Assembly (NCBI RefSeq): GCF_009914755.1
Contig: NC_060932.1
Source: the human T2T-CHM13v2.0 reference genome, Homo sapiens
Length of the DNA: 64,000 nt
Reading direction: 5' to 3' (one strand)
Positions 26,821 to 38,792 of the stretch are shown here, in pieces. Numbering within the stretch: the stretch's first letter is position 1; every line of letters starts with the position of its first letter. The notes beneath the pieces are model-generated. The model saw only the letters and a list, made by a program, of their open reading frames with translations, did no database searches and was not told the origin of the DNA. The translations under genes were made by a program, and so were the position numbers.

Positions 26821-29800
26821 CTTCAGATTCACTCCCAAGAGTAAACATTTTACTTTTCTATCAGATGCTGTAAAAGGTGTCTTTACCATGGCTACCAAAA
26901 CAGCATGTGACTTTCTTTATAAGTAGTCAAATCAGGTTTAATGGGTTGTTCACATTTTATTGCTCTTCACCTATATTTTCCTCCAATATTTTATACCTGC
27001 TCTCTCGAGCCAACTCAAATCTTAGGCACATCAATGGAGACTGATCACATTAACTCTTCCTTTAGACATGAACTGACCTACCTACCTTTATTTAAACAAA
27101 AGGATGAGAATTCATTGTCCACATTTGTTTCTCATCAGAGGTCAAATGCGGAACTCATTTCTAAATAAATCTAGCTGAACCGGAGAATGAAAATGTGTGA
27201 CAGGTGGGCAAAGGAGCTGTGGAGTAAAGCACACTCCTTGTGTGACACATGATAAAAGTTACAAAAGTTACAGAATCCCAGCAGTCACTTAAAAAGAACA
27301 CTTTCACAGGAAAGGAGGATTACTATGTCAGTCTGATAAACACCCAGTTCCAATCCCAATATCATCTGCTGTTCTTCCCAGCTGTATTTGCTCATCACTG
27401 TGTACATAACATATGCATAGACTCAGAAAATAAGCTATTAGTCTTCCCTGACCTGTCTTACAGTTCACATGCCCCTGTATCTTGAGGTTAGGGAAAGGGG
27501 TATAGTACTTCTAGTTTAAGCTAGTCTAATCAACTTCCCAAGACTGCATTTAAAGCGCAGCTTGTACCATGCTTATAACCAGTGGGGATAACTTCCTAAT
27601 TTCTGATACTCCACTTGTCAATGTGCATTTGAAGTATTTTCCACAATACAGCTGTGCTATTTCCCTGGCACCATGATCTGTGCCAACCCTTTTAGGTACC
27701 ATTATAGATCTGCTTTCCTAATATTAGGCTCTGGTCTCCTCACTAAGTGTTACTAGGTGGATTCTCCAAAAAGTCTAGTGGAAGAGTCCTCCCAGATACT
27801 CTTTATAATAACATCTCACAGCTAGTTCTCTCTCCTAGTGCTCTAATTATCTCATTACGTGGCCATGTCTAGCTCATTACTGCTCTGACACTGTTTCCCT
27901 TCATATTATCGGTGGCCACCCATCTCTTGAGCTTCTTTAGACAAATTACCATTACTGCTGCTAATATTTTATCTAATATTTCTCTGACATAATATTCAAC
28001 CCAGTTAGTACCAACTACGAGTTCACTGTATATATACGCTTAAGACATTCTCCTTTGTGGCAAAGAACTTCAATTTGACTTCCCATTGAACTCTGAATAC
28101 CAATGCAAAAATTTTCTACAGCCTATGAAGCAACAGTGCTTCCTCTGACATCCATTTCTAATGTCAGATGAAAATATCATTACTTCCAAGCCAAACCAAT
28201 CCCTGACATCCTAGTAAACAGTAAGCTTCCACTGTCATTTTGGATGATGAGGAAGTGCTCACCTTGATCAAACCAGAAGAATGCCAATAACTCTTAAGTT
28301 CAAAAGAAACCCTAGCCTGGGTTTACTATTTATAACCACCCAAATTAGAATCAAATCTCTAATAATGTCTATATTTTAATCACCTACATCAGTTTTACAA
28401 ACTAAAGTACAAAATCAATAGGTAATAATTGAATTATTTAATTATTTTAGAAGCAATAGCAAACTATTTCTTCAGACAAAAAGAGAATTGTTTAGTCTTT
28501 CCTGAGATCTGATTCCTAGCCAGATGATAATGTGCCCATGTTCAATTAAACAAGCTACCAGGTTCTCTCCAAAAAATGGCTTAAAGAGGTCATTTTCTAA
28601 ATTTCCCAAGTGAAGCGAGTCCAAACTTTGAGACCGGGGGTATGGTGAATGCCTGGCTAAACACAAGCAACCCCATCCACCTCAGCCCCTAGCCCCTCAC
28701 TCCCACCCCTAGGCGCTGAGTTCATCATCTTGTCCAGTAACTATGAGGCGAAAGCATAAAGGCAATTTTCCTTGGACAAGACCCAGACTCTTTAGTTCCC
28801 TCCTCACTACATAAACAGATTTATTCCTACATCATTCACCTCTGAAAAAGGAATCGTAAAAACAAAAATTTCAGACAATCATCTAAGATTTAGGATAGCT
28901 ATGGAAAGAATGGCTCCCTAGTCCATAATGGCTCTTCTTTATGATGGAGAAGACTGGAATGATAGTAATATTCCACACTGATCCCTTTCCCAGTTAGATG
29001 AAGATTTATAGTGTCACCCACCCCAATCCCTGAATTTAAAAAAAAAAAAAAAAAAAAAAAGCATTTTTTTTTCACTCTCCTAACCCTGGGAAAGCCCCAA
29101 AGCCTACTTTCAGTATCACACAGAGACTTGTCCGTATGAGAGTTGGGAAGCCTAAGAATCACCAAGTCTGCCCTTCGCCTTCTGAGAAATTTGCCTGAGG
29201 GCTGGAATGCACCCCAGGCCACCCAGCAAGTCAGTGATTGAACTGGAAAGGGAACTTCAGTTTGCCTATTAGTCAAGCGACTGCACACAGACACCAGGTC
29301 CTTTTTTTTTTTTTTCTAATACGGAGAAAGCTTTACACTATGAAACTAGTTACAAACTCTTTTTTTCCAGCAGTAAAGGTGGTGTACAAGTCCTCTAACC
29401 TTATCTTAAGAGGTAACCAGGAAGTTGAACCTGGCCAACTGGGAAATGCTGAGATCAAGATATAATGGAGTGACCAACTACGAAAGGAACAAGACTCAAG
29501 AACTAAGGACTGGGCAGAAAATCACTCCAGCATACTGGATAAGTTCAACAACAACAACAACAAAAACAGATTAAATCCTCATGGCCTCAGTGCAGTGTAG
29601 AATGAAGGTATTCTGATGCAGGAACAGAATTTGGTAATAGAGAAGCCTGGATCAGGTGGTACTGAGGAATATAGACTAGCACACACTTGTGAGTATCCAA
29701 GGATATGTCAGCTAGAAGCCAACTCTGATTCCTAAGTGGGGGTGAAGAGGGGATAACTGAAAGAAAACAATGGATGAGTAGAAATGGCCACTGAAGAGAA

Positions 29801-32662
29801 TATGCAGCCAATTTTTCAGAGAATAAGGTCCTAAATAATTACTAAAGCTCAGGCACAAAGTAAGTCATTAATTTGGGGAATACGAAGAAACCTCAATTTT
29901 CTAAATTGGGGCAAAAGATCAAGCCAGAAGAGTAACTATGGCAAGAGTCTCAGAGCAATGGGCTGGAGTTCTTTGAAATGAAGAAAGTGAAACACTGGTT
30001 AATCAATTACTTAAAATCAGTGATGAGAATGTATGTGAAGGTTGGTGAAGGACAGGCTCATAGTAGGTCTCTAGTATTTATCAATTCCTCTCCTCTCTCC
30101 CAAGACCAACAACTAAGTAGCAGCCCTCAAGAGCCCTGAGCACACTTAGAAGTGGTCTGTGCCCCAGGTGTTAAAAGATTAATGAACCCAGTCAATCACA
30201 TTCCCCAAGGCACTTAGAGGTGCTTAGATTGCTGGAGACACAACGGGAAAACTTCACATTTGTGCCCTCTGCATTCCTCTTCTACAAGATCTATATTCTA
30301 AAGGCCCTATTCATCCAAATAGTGATTTGCTTTAGAGGCCTTGATCGATATGAAACCGACCAAAACAAATGCCTGCTTTATTCCTTCATGAATTACTTTA
30401 TAAAGGTAATCACAATTAGAACTATTAAAGGAGATGATTTTAAGTTGGTATCTCTTGGTCCTTGAAAATATTAGTAGTTGTAGGCAACATTGACAGTTTT
30501 AAGCTCTTTCGAACAAGCAGGTCTTACACTTTAAACATCAACCATGGGACATTACTTTACCAGTAGTTCTGATGTAAGAGCCTGGACATGATTTCATCAA
30601 GTATCAACATTTCAAAAAGAGGCACAGGAATCTCCCCTGTTGGTGTCATGTAAGGTACCGTGGCTTCAAAAACAACTCTCATTAGAAGATCACATCCCAA
30701 GTGAAGGGATTATGTCTGTGAATAAACTTTTTGTACACTGATATGTGATTCAGCATCTTTTCTTAAAAGTGTCAGAAACTGGTGCTATATTGGAGGAAAT
30801 AGCCGCATGATGCCCAGCTCTCTTTAAGATATGCCAGCATGACATGCCATACTGAACTGTTCTTTGGGCTTGAAACTGGAAACTGCATTCCTTAAAAGCA
30901 TACTTCTTTGGTTGGTTCCATACATGTAATCGCAAATACTCACATTCAACATTGTTCTTCAAACTACCTCTTCTTTTGAGTTGGTGTTTTAGAAGAAACA
31001 CTGCATTTGTTAATATCAAACATGCTAAGGTGTCACTGTGCCTGCCTTCCCCTTTATACATTCCTGAAATATTTTGAGTTTATCTGTGAAGAGTGTGTCT
31101 AGCAATTCACATGTGAAGCCACAAACTCAGCTAATTGATCCTCAGCAGTGATCAGGTCTCACCCCAGACAAATTACTATAGCCACAAGCCCACCAAACTG
31201 CAATCCAAGGTTGAGTCAGTATTGAACCTCATCCAAATTTCACCAGTCTTCCTTCCTTCTAGTTTAATTCTCTCTGCCCATGTTTTATATGGATAGCGTT
31301 GCCATTCACTTTCTTGTTATAAGGACGCAGTATTATTTTTATTATGATTATTTAAGACATCTTAAGAGTTTCCTTTTTAATTAAAATTAGATAATTTTAA
31401 AAGAACATGTCTTTCCTAGCAATGTCACTAGTAAAATGCATCCAATTTTTCTCTATGTGGTGCTTTCCCTGTCCATAAAACTTATTTGATTAGCAGTACT
31501 ATAGAAGCTAAAGCTTTTGTATGCAGGCACTCAAGCATAATTTAATCATTTTATTTAAGCATGGAAAAGATTATTCTGAAAGCCCTGTTAGTAAAATATC
31601 CCTGATTAGTTTAAACTTACATTTGCAGGTATATTAAAGGTAAAATAAATCTCGGAATGCTCAGTATGCAAGAACAGTGTTAACTTTATTACAACAGTCC
31701 GGCAGTAAGTTAAAAATTGTAGTATTAGAGAATGTAAGGAATAACTATCTGATTTTCAATACATGTATTTAAACAGGTTATTTTAAAATAAATTTTGTTT
31801 TGTGTGAACCCCTTTTTATTACCAGGATTTTCACCTATGGAAACCTCTTTTATAGTCAAACAAGATGAGGTCTTAATTGCATACTACCATTTATCTGCTG
31901 AGGATAAAAGTGCCAACAAATGAAAATGCACATTAGGCAAGAGATTGTCAGAATAGAAAATTTTTTTTTTATTTTTTTGTTTTTTTGTTTTTAAATAACC
32001 CACTCACATTAACAAAAGACTGCAGTAGCTTCCAAATTATAGGTTGTTATTTTTAGTGGAAGTAGTTCAATATTCATATTGGAGCAGATGTAGCAGTTTA
32101 ACAAAACAGCTCTTCAAATCCCGCACAAATTGAAAACAGGAAAACTGATTGCATTTTCTCTTATCACTTTCCTTTTCTGAATTGACACTTTTGGCCTTCT
32201 GAAAATTTACACATGGCTTTCATCTCAACAGCACCTGCTGATCAAACAGAAACCTAACATTTTCATGAAAATTGTATAAAGGACTAGTTTTGTTCTAAAC
32301 ACTGTAAAGGGCATCAGTTGCCTACTTGATGGCAACAATTGTCATGTATAAGTCATAGTCAAAATAGATTTATATTTTCATAAATTTCTTTAACATAAAA
32401 ATATGTTAAGTCCCTTCTGGTTTTTTTTTTCATATTCACTCTCTGTATGGTTCAAATTTCTTTGACTCAATGTCTGCCTAATGCTTAGTTTTGTTATTTA
32501 AAGACTATGCAAAATGTGTGAAAGGGTAAATTACACCAAGATAACAAATACTTAGTATTTCTCTGCCTTTGCTTGAAATACACATATTAATCTATATAAG
32601 TTATTGTCTATGCATGCACTTGAGTGTAAAATACATACATCTCACTTTGTATTCAACCCATT

Positions 32663-32697
32663 ATCGCTTCTCGGCCTTTTGGCTAAGATCAAGTGTA
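32663..32697 (+). pseudogene. 3'-truncated U2 snRNA retropseudogene (U2 nt 1-35)
   Basis: ATCGCTTCTCGGCCTTTTGGCTAAGATCAAGTGTA matches the U2 5' end exactly; flanked by direct repeats tgtattcaacccatta (32648-32663) and tgtattccacccacta (32694-32709). Confidence 0.95.
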
Positions 32698-34138
32698 TTC
32701 CACCCACTAAAAGAAAACTGGAAACAAAAAGTCAGAGTCAGGCCCTATTTTTGAAGGGAACTTACACATTATTTTATGAGATATAGATTTAGCAGGTGCC
32801 TGGCTGTTTCAGTACCCGACTGGAAAAGAATGAATGTCACTCATGCAACAAACTGGTCACCTAAATAGTGACTGACCACTCACTGTAAATAACTCCAGGT
32901 AAAGGTAAATCTTGAAAATGGGTATCCTTCTATATAAAATATGCAAGATCTATGGCTAGCATGCTTTTCATATTTTTAAACGTGCTCCACCTATTTCTCT
33001 GTAACATCCAATTCGGGGTAGAATTAAAGATGTTCCTAAGACATGCTATCTGCTAGTTTCTTAGCCAAAAGAGCTCTACCCTTTCTGAAAGATTCCAGGC
33101 TGTCCTTTTCCATTCTGTCTGGGTGATAAGGTAACCTGAAGGCAGAAATGACATACAGTAATATATGTGCCACTCTGGCCAGTTGGTCTGTGAATTTCAG
33201 TGTTTCATCATGCTCACTGAGGCAACAGCAAACCTGAAATGTCAATATGTTCAGTCAATGGAAGTAAAATAATGGGACTCTATTGTCTTACCCAATCGAT
33301 CTGCTGCTGTCAACAAGGAAACATGCCCCCCTGGCTTTAAACAAATTTTAATTAGGCTTTTAGTTACTGGATCATATCTATCTATCTATGAAAACACCTA
33401 TTTTGACAATGTGTAGAAGGCAAAACAACCATCTTTTCCACTTTTCTTCATTTTAAGAACCTTCTAAAGTTGATATTACAATGTTTCAAATACTTGTGAG
33501 TCAATAAGACATGTTTTCTCCTTTTTTTAAACTAGCTCCAACCAAAAGATTTCATGGTTCAAATCCAAAATACAAATCTACCTAACAGACTTGTAGTGAT
33601 TTTTTTTTCTCCTCTAGGCTGAGTTGAGCCATACTATAAAGTCAACTAATTCCATATTAAAAGTAGGCTTCATTTGCTTTTCTTACTCATTCAAGTACCG
33701 TCAGCATCAATTTATCACGCATTTAAAACAAGTCACACAAAACCAAACATTAATGATCAATCCCAAAGCCTTTACCCTCTTTTCTCAGTTCATCAATCCT
33801 AAATGCAAGGGGTAAACGAAACTCCTGTTAAATCAGGGAGGTGCATGGTGCTGAGAAGGGTAGGGGGTTGTCGGGAGAGGAAATAAGACATTTTAAGTCA
33901 TTCAAATTGCACCAAAGTTCTCTAGCCCTTCCTTCCACCAAAAGAGAGACAGTCTCACCTTAAAATAAAAATGAACTAATCAAGTTGTTAAGCAGCTTTG
34001 TCTCTCCCTTCTTCATCTAAAGGCTTCAGCGTCCAGTCAATAAATAATCTATTGTTCCCCCTTTATCGAGTCTCTTTAAACCTATTCAGACTGGCAAAAC
34101 TAAACCCAATTAAAGATAAGGCCCTCCGGTATTCTCAC

Positions 34139-34282
34139 CTCGGTGAGTCCTGTCTGGATAGCAGAGGTGATGGGAGATAGCGTCAAGGCCAGGGGTAGAT
34201 GCCTCCTCCTCACCCCACACAACAAAAGGCAGATTTCTCTTTCTCACTCTGCTAATCTTTAAATGTAAATTCTCTCCGCCAG
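34139..34282 (-). CDS. RUNX1T1: RUNX1T1 alternative 144-nt exon (in-frame, phase 1/1: (A)GGENLHLKISRVRKRNLPFVVWGEEEASTPGLDAISHHLCYPDRTHR); acts as 5' UTR when spliced to exon 1b
   Basis: Acceptor tgtcgctcctcttag|CTGG (AG 34284-34283), donor CCGAG|GTGAGA (34138-34133); length divisible by 3 and frame open; a second acceptor at 34341-34340 gives a 201-nt form. Confidence 0.7.
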
Positions 34283-34457
34283 CTAAGAGGAGCGACAGAT
34301 AACATGTTACATCTTCACTTCTCCTGGTCTTATCGACTTCTGAATCATTTGGAAAGGGAGAGAGGGAGAGAGAAAAGCCGCCTCCCCACGCCCCCCTTCC
34401 TCCTGGCCACCCCTCCTTCCTCCCTGCTCGCCTCCCTCCCCTGTTCACGGAGATTAC

Positions 34458-34578
34458 CTTCTGGCAAAGGAGCGCGGGAGAGCGGCCGCGGCCGAGGCGG
34501 CACCCAGACCGCGGCTTTGTATTCATTAAACACACATTGGAGCTTATCAGAAGTAAAAGCCTTGTCAGGATGGCACAT
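34458..34578 (-). CDS. RUNX1T1: RUNX1T1 alternative first exon coding part MCHPDKAFTSDKLQCVFNEYKAAVWVPPRPRPLSRAPLPE plus G
   Basis: 121 nt = 40 codons + 1; acaATG (A at -3); donor GAAG|GTAATC at 34457-34452; phase compatible with exon 2; recalled as a RUNX1T1 isoform N-terminus. Confidence 0.85.
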
Positions 34579-34870
34579 TGTGTGTGAGTGAGTGTGTGAG
34601 CGCAGGAGGGAGAGGAGAGAAGCCAACGTGCATCAGGGTGATTACAATATCAGCAGGGCCCAGATGGAGGCAGGAAAATAAACAGAGGGTGCGTGTGAGA
34701 CGGAGCGGGAGAGGGAGGAAAAGTGGGAGAGAGAGAGAGAAGACAGAAAGGGACAGGCAGGAGGGAAGGAGAGACACAGGCAGGAGGGAAGGAGGGATGG
34801 AGGAGGGGGCGGGGGCTCAGACCCCAGGATGGGGCCAGAAAGTGGGGGAGAGCTACCCTAAGGCTATCTG
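34579..34870 (-). promoter_or_regulatory. Middle RUNX1T1 promoter / 5' UTR with a long polypurine-polypyrimidine tract
   Basis: GA-rich tract at 34700-34815 on +, GC box ggggcgggg near 34806-34814, small CpG cluster with NotI site gcggccgc at about 34482; directly upstream of a start exon. Confidence 0.7.
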
Positions 34871-37800
34871 GGAATGAGAGGCAGGCTAGAAGTCGCCTGC
34901 ATGCCCAAATCTGCCCCTACCACCCAAAGAAGGGAGGAATCCAGCAAACTGTATTTCCCTGCTCCAGGGCTAGGCTGGAACATGTTCGAGATTCTGTCAA
35001 GGTCAGAGGAGGATCAAGAGCTCTCTTTTGGCAGAGCCTAAGGAGACAGTCGCCATCTCACCTCCATCCAAACAGCCACATTTTGCAAAACAAACCTACT
35101 GAGTCTATAGAGCAGTTAAGCTGCCTTCCAGACCAACCTCAAGTCGGAGTTCTTGTCCCTTTCTTTGCTAACCCCAATACTCCTAAATTCCAGCCCCTGC
35201 ACATTCACACACTCAGAGATATAAAATAGCTTCTGTCCCTGAACTTTAATGTGTCCCAGCTGAAGACTCCTGCAGCCAGCATCATTGTGATAAGGAGGAA
35301 CACTTGTGATTGGTAGCCACAGGTGACTCTTAGAGACCTGCTCCACCTCCAGAAATTGTGTTGGGGGAGGAGGCTCCTTATGTGTGCATCTGAGAGTCTA
35401 TTTTGGAGGTGGGAATCTGAAATTGAGGCAATCAATCTCGGCTTGAGCTGCCTCATGGCTCTTCACCCACCCAGAGCCAGAGAATCAATCAGAGAACAAG
35501 CAAGGGCTAATGCTTGTCCGTCAGTCCAGAGTTCATCCCCCTCCCCAGCAGGGTCAGGAAGGAGACACACCTGAGTAGTCCCTTGGGAGTCCCTTTTCAC
35601 TTTTAAATACACCCATCAGACAATGTGAACATCTGATCAGCTCCTTAATGGAGTGCAGATAATGCAGCAAAGGAGGTTATTTTATTGGGGGAGGGGAAGT
35701 ATTTGGTTGTGCTGTGTTTCAAGGCACTGAAGCTTGGTTAAGAAGCTCTCACTACAGCATCAAGAGTGAGTTCAGAATGAAGGAGCCAATAAATTACACA
35801 ATTGTTCATGGTGTGCACTGTAGCCCTAGCTGCTGTGAAACTTCAGGTTATAAAATAGTTTTATGCAGGGGGTCTCCCTAGAAAGGAATAAAATGGGGAT
35901 GAAGGGTAAGGCTAGTGAGTAGAAAAAAAAACAATAGCAAGAGAACTAGCCCCTGCCTTTTAAGGGAACCATATTTTAAGAGGCCCTTTAGAAAATGAGG
36001 AGAAGCATTGTTTAATCAGGCACTCCCCTCCAAATCACTTGGCCAAAAATCGGTTTTATGTATAGTTGAGCACCGCCCCCTCTCCCCCACCCCACCCAAA
36101 CACACACACACCAATGTTCCAACCCCAAGAATAGAATTAAAAGAAATTTGATAGGTAACACAAAGTGAAAAAAGCTGGGCATAGGTGGGGGAAGGGCATG
36201 TGTGAAAATCTTGTCATGCAATGAATGTCAGATAAAAAGGGGTCTGCCACAATCCTCCAGTAATCCAATAACGTGGAAAACCTCATGGTATCACTGAGAC
36301 GAGAACAAGGTAATATTTCTCCATAAATCTTCAAAAAGTGACCAGGTTCAATAGTTAGAGAAGGGTGCAAGGATAGGAAGTAAAACACTTGGCTGGCTAC
36401 ATTACAAAATCCAGTGAGCTTTAAATGGGTGAAAATCTGTCATTCTTACATGTTTTAAATTTAATAACAGATTTCTAGCGTATCACTTTAGCTCTCATAA
36501 AAGGTCACCTTTCACCTTTTCTCTAGCTATTCTAGAAAAATGCATTCAGAGTAACCGAAAGCAACCACACATACCCCCACCCTTTATTGCATTTTAGTTA
36601 GATCAGCTTGGACACAGACTACATACAAACACCTAAAAATCCAAGAAAACTCCAGAGGAAGAAAAATACAATTTACAAGTGCCCCCCTGATTTTTCCATT
36701 ACATGCTCTTTTAAGAAATGCTATTTTTTTAAAAAAAATTGCATTACTATTGCTTTCAAACCCAGAAAAGGTTTGCTTTTTTTAAAAGGGGCATCCCAAA
36801 TACTAGAGGCATAAAGAAATCTGTTCAAAAGCTAATCTGCCAGTGGTCTTATTTTGTAAATGCACAGTATTTCTATTAGTACCTTGTTTGTTCATTGACT
36901 TTTGGCTCACAGTTATAGAAAAGATCAACCAATTCTCAAATGGGAAGAATCCATGACTCTCTTCCAAAGCAAACACTTTGCTGCAAAGCTTTCAATTAAA
37001 AGAAAAAAACAGCAATACAATAATCAAGAAGTATAATCACAGAAGTGTAAAACAGAAAGTGGTTTCTATAATCACAGCTGTCTTAAAGTCCAGGCTAGAG
37101 ACTAGAAATCTTAATTTCAACTAGTTCTTTTCTTAATGATAGGTTACCTTCCTATAAAAGGAAGAAGTCCATCTGCCCCAGGCAGATAAGTTTTGAAGCA
37201 TTAATTCAGATAAAAATCTAGCATTTTCTTTCTTTCTTTGAGTATGTGAATTCTAGTGTGCTATAATGTGAGAATTCCAACATATGACCATTATGGCATA
37301 ATATCTCATTGCTCAGCTTGTCATTATTTCATTTGTAATTCTTATGTTAATTATGTTCATAATTACTATAAACAGATGTGGTAGACATTCATGTGACCTT
37401 TTATTGCAGAATGCATTCTTCACTCATTTTGCTTTAATTTCTCATGGATACAAAGCTGAAATGCAGGAAAAAGAAAAAGCCTTTCCAATTTTCCAATGTT
37501 TTATATGCATAAGCTAAAACAGAACCTACCTTCTACTTCATCTGCATTTCAGAATATCATAATATTCTTAATGTTTAAGCTGCTTTATACAGCACATTTC
37601 TAAATTGCACACTGAACCTCACTGCTGCTCACTAAATTGTAGCTATGGATGCCAAACAAAGGCTAACATCCATGTCTAAGTTGTTTGTCTTTTTTTTAAT
37701 ATCAAAGGTTAATGCAGCAGAATTGTGCTTCAAAACCAAGTGCCTAGCAGCTACATAGCGATTTATTCACTCAGAACTCAACCATCACCCTCTTTACATA

Positions 37801-38690
37801 AAACGCATTTACAATAAAATCAGTATGGATTTCATTAGCTGAAAACCTCCTCGAATTTCATTTCTTTGGCCCTAATCTATAATTAGTTTGGACAGACAGG
37901 TGCAAACCCTTCTCTTCTACAGATGGCTACTGGAAATGGTGCAAAGTAGCTCCTTCTGTTTAAACAACACAGAGATAACCTGCTCTGTCTTATCACTTAC
38001 AATTACCTCCATTAAACTGAACTAATGTTTGCTTTAATAAAATGTTCACTGTTCTTTAAACATTATTTAGGAACTCTTATATTAATGGCTGTGGAAAAAA
38101 AGTGAAGTTGGAAGGTGTCTCTAGATAATAATAAATAGCTTATTCTGGATAAAATGTTCCCACTGACAGATAATACTTAGGTTCACAGAGGTGTTTTAGT
38201 TGATTGAATATTTGTTATTTTGCATAAATAGAGTCAAATTTGATTTTTAAAAGGCAAACATAATTTAACAAGTTGGGGGAGACAACATTTTTCTTGAATT
38301 TAGAAAAAGAATAAATTTTTTTCTTATAGATTTTAAGTTGTTATTAACATGTAGAAATTAAAATCCTTATTTTCAAAGGATATGTTAACTTAGTTTTATG
38401 CATTTAACTTCTGACAGATTATTCTCAAAGTTGAATGAGTTCATTCTTTCAAGGCACATCTTAAAAATTAACTATGAATGTAAGTGCACTCTGCAAGCAC
38501 ATGGTTAAAAGCAACTCCATTCCATAATAAATAACTTCTATAAAGCCAGAGCTCACTTCTCCCTGCTTCTGCTATCAATAAAGTCTGTGGATCACTATAT
38601 GATGAATAAGGTGTCCATAAAACAAAGAACCTTTAAATGCCCAAACAGCAACAAATAAATAGCCTTTCTCACTGAACTTACATAACTTAC

Positions 38691-38792
38691 AGTAATAGAC
38701 TCCGGCAAAATGCAACTGACTCCGTTTTTTTCACATGCAAATCCTGCAGGTGCCAATTTTTCAGACTGCTTTGCTATGAAGGGCTATGTTGC
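38691..38792 (-). other. Candidate non-coding cassette exon (102 nt) of the RUNX1T1 5' UTR
   Basis: Acceptor gttttatgcag|GC and two tandem GTAAGT donors (38690-38685 and 38681-38676); short pyrimidine tract, so prediction only. Confidence 0.35.

Noticed and set aside
32317-32336. GTTGCC-N8-GGCAAC inverted repeat resembling an RFX X-box
   Set aside because: The spacer is much longer than the canonical 0-3 nt; a single half-site cannot be supported from sequence alone
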